Of a DNA stretch of 64,000 nucleotides, positions 61,651 through 64,000 are shown in pieces. Made by a program: the position numbers and the translations under genes. The DNA is taken from assembly GCA_002269645.1 (NCBI GenBank), contig NIVC01000105.1, positions 659,992 to 723,991 on the forward strand. The letters run 5' to 3'. The notes beneath the pieces are model-generated. The model saw nothing but the letters and a program-made list of their open reading frames with translations, searched no databases and was not told the origin of the DNA. Source of the DNA: Macrostomum lignano (taxonomy: Eukaryota). Positions within the stretch are counted from its first letter, which is position 1; every line of letters begins with the position of its first letter.

Positions 61651-64000
61651 ATGTCCGACAACGGGGACAACCATGCCGCAGCGTCATTGGCTGACGGGGA
61701 TGCCGTCGTGCCAGATCAGGACGCACTCGATGTCGGTGAGCAGCCAGCAGGTGCAGCTGCTGCCGCCGCGCCAGCTCCTAGTGAGCAACTCTTGTTGACG
61801 CAAACCTTAGCATCTCTTCACCGGATGCTCGAAGAGCGTCTCGCCGTTTCCTCGCCGTCCGCGCCAAATTCCTCGCCGCCTGCGAAGCCAGACATACGCC
61901 TTCGCCCTCCAATCGCTTATCACCCGAAGATGAACTTTGATACGTGGGAAGCTCAGCTTACTTCGTATCTAGCCACTTGCCGCGTTCCTGAGGACCAGAA
62001 GTCCGCCATTCTCGTATCTTTGCTGTCAGCCGAATGCCAAGAGGTATATCTTAATTACCGGTGTGACCAGTTGCCTTTCGAATCTGCGCTTCGGTTGCTC
62101 AGGGAAAGGTACACCGATGCCAAGAAAAAGGACAAAGCCTACGTAGAATTAGTTGCTGCCGCCCAATCTCATAATGAGCAAATGTCTGACTTCTTTGACA
62201 GACTGGTCTCCTATTCTAGACTAGCGGGTCTCTCGCTCGCTGAAGCGAAGCCCCTACTCAAGGCCAGATTCTGCCATGGGCTGAGGGATAAGGACCTCGC
62301 CGAAAAGCTCCTCTTATGGGATCAGGAAACCGACAGTGCCACCTCTGCAGAAGAGCTGATGCAGAAGGCCAAAGATCTTGTCGGGGTCCGCCAGCTTCTG
62401 AATGTGCCTTCTACTATAGCCAAGGTTCGTGCCATAGAACCTGACGCTGAGAAGAAAGCGTTAGAACAGAGGGTCGCCGAGCTTGAGCAGATGGTGACCG
62501 ACCAAGCCAATAGATTAAGCCAGACCACTCCGCCTGTCACCACCAATCAGGGGCCCACTCGCACAGAGCCCACTGGGGGCCCACCACAAGTTAGCCAAAC
62601 CTATAGACAGCCTAGGCCAGCTCCTCGCCCTCCGCGGGCTTGCCATCGATGCGGCCAGACCGATCACCTGATCGCTGACTGTCCATCGCCCTCGCCGAGA
62701 CCACAGTCACCAAAGCAGCCCCGGGGGAGCCAAAATCAGCAGCCCAGCCGTGGAAAAGTCACGACTGAACTAGGAACCATTGCCACGTGGTCTCAGAATT
62801 ACGGGTTCATCCAATCTGAGCACCTGCCGGAGAAATTGTTCGTTCACATTAGCCAACTGTCTCCCAGCCTGCGTAGCCTAGTCGAGCAGCACCGCCTGAG
62901 GGGGACTAGGGTGAAATTCCAGCGCCAGGTCGACCCCGGGCGCCAGCACGACAAGGCCTGTAACGTGCAACCTCAGCCAGGGGACAGTGATCCGCAATGC
63001 AGACAAGGGGGGTACACGGCTGACACCTTTGAGTCTAGCTATTTCGTGCAGCTAGGAGTAGGAGACTCTAAAGTTCTGGCTTGTCTAGACTCAGGCGCCA
63101 ATGCCAGCATCATGGGTGCTGACGTGAAAGCCAAACTGGTCGCAGCTGACCCCGTCAACAACATATTCACGCCTAGTGCCAATAAGCAGCGTGCCACCGC
63201 CTTCGGCGGCTCTCAGGTAGACATCTTAGGTTCGCTGCGCTGCGAAATCAACTTAGGTAATACGACTAAACAGCATGTATTCCTAGTTACTGCTTACTGT
63301 ACCACAGAAGCCCTGTTAGGCATGGATTTCCTACGCAGCTTCGAGATGCTGCTAGACTTCAACTCTGGCCGAGCTTTAGTAGCAGGGGTGTCTGTGCCAG
63401 TCATTGAGGGGGACAAAGGAATTTTCCAACTCCGACGAGTGATGGCCGCCGGCACCGTAGAATTGCCCCCGCACTCGGAAACCCTGATTCCCAGTCGTGT
63501 CCTCGACTCTTCGCCGTACACCTCCGGTATAGTCATGTCCCGGATCCTCGGACCAGAGACTGAACAGTTGGTAGCTAAGACTCTAGACTCAGTTAGCGAT
63601 ACTAACCACATACTAGTGCGCGTGCTCAACAGTGGGGAGCAGCCCATTCAGATAACTAGGGGGCAAGAAATTGCCTCATTCCAGGAATTAGATAGCCATG
63701 AGGTCATAGCTCAGACGACCCTGAAGGAGTCTGACTTTAGCCTGGACAATGTAGCTAACCTCACCAGCCAACTCAGTAAGCTGCCGCCGCCTAGTAGGGA
63801 GTTAGCCAAATGGCTGACAACGCAGTTCCAACTCGACCAAGCCAAATTGTCTAGGAGCCAACTCACCACCGTATTGAAGCTGCTCAACTACTTCAATAGC
63901 CAAATTTCTAGATCAAATGCAGATTTAGGCCATACCACATTACACGAGATGGGCATAGAATTAATAGATCCCAAGGCCAAGCCTGTTACGCAACCATACA
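61651..64000 (+). CDS. Ty3/Gypsy gag-pol polyprotein, open to the window end: Gag, CCHC, cold-shock-like domain, aspartic protease, spacer, RT start
   Basis: Hand-translated with no stop in 783 codons. CHRCGQTDHLIADC at 62641-82; YGFI/LFVH at 62800-47; LDSGA (D at 63088); LLGMDFL; DLGHT..H..I....KP..QPY at the start of RT. Confidence 0.93.
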   Translation, partial: MSDNGDNHAAASLADGDAVVPDQDALDVGEQPAGAAAAAAPAPSEQLLLTQTLASLHRMLEERLAVSSPSAPNSSPPAKPDIRLRPPIAYHPKMNFDTWEAQLTSYLATCRVPEDQKSAILVSLLSAECQEVYLNYRCDQLPFESALRLLRERYTDAKKKDKAYVELVAAAQSHNEQMSDFFDRLVSYSRLAGLSLAEAKPLLKARFCHGLRDKDLAEKLLLWDQETDSATSAEELMQKAKDLVGVRQLLNVPSTIAKVRAIEPDAEKKALEQRVAELEQMVTDQANRLSQTTPPVTTNQGPTRTEPTGGPPQVSQTYRQPRPAPRPPRACHRCGQTDHLIADCPSPSPRPQSPKQPRGSQNQQPSRGKVTTELGTIATWSQNYGFIQSEHLPEKLFVHISQLSPSLRSLVEQHRLRGTRVKFQRQVDPGRQHDKACNVQPQPGDSDPQCRQGGYTADTFESSYFVQLGVGDSKVLACLDSGANASIMGADVKAKLVAADPVNNIFTPSANKQRATAFGGSQVDILGSLRCEINLGNTTKQHVFLVTAYCTTEALLGMDFLRSFEMLLDFNSGRALVAGVSVPVIEGDKGIFQLRRVMAAGTVELPPHSETLIPSRVLDSSPYTSGIVMSRILGPETEQLVAKTLDSVSDTNHILVRVLNSGEQPIQITRGQEIASFQELDSHEVIAQTTLKESDFSLDNVANLTSQLSKLPPPSRELAKWLTTQFQLDQAKLSRSQLTTVLKLLNYFNSQISRSNADLGHTTLHEMGIELIDPKAKPVTQPY

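Noticed and set aside
62322-63647. Minus-strand ORFs in the track (62322-62546, 63294-63647), and other shadow ORFs over TEs
   Set aside because: Antisense shadows of the real plus-strand gag-pol frame, or of GC-rich TE coding sequence.

Overview
Eukaryotic (animal-type) genomic DNA, not prokaryotic: there are GT-AG introns that restore reading frames, and PBS matches to eukaryotic tRNA-His and tRNA-Gln. The window is dense with nested and mostly decayed transposons, tandem repeats and a few spliced orphan genes. Left to right: an ORF with an N-terminal LOTUS/OST-HTH-like domain; a TSD-flanked RTE-type LINE stub; a 121-bp array; a head-to-head, intron-containing CACTA/EnSpm-type transposase plus a DUF4806-like partner gene; a decayed spliced Helitron RepHel gene with a mariner inserted into one of its splice acceptors; RTE and I/R1-group LINE remnants; an orphan spliced gene; satellite blocks; a broken Gypsy element; a near-intact mariner; Penelope and Crypton fragments; a MULE carrying a solo LTR; an exon with 20 copies of a 12-aa repeat; an Ulp1+PHD pseudogene; and a Gypsy element whose open gag-pol frame runs off the window end. 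The top observation is in that last element. Its frame (61651-64000, missing from the supplied ORF track) carries a cold-shock-domain-like module between the Gag CCHC knuckle and the protease. All domain calls come from motif recognition by eye; no database searches were run. The organism cannot be determined from this sequence.
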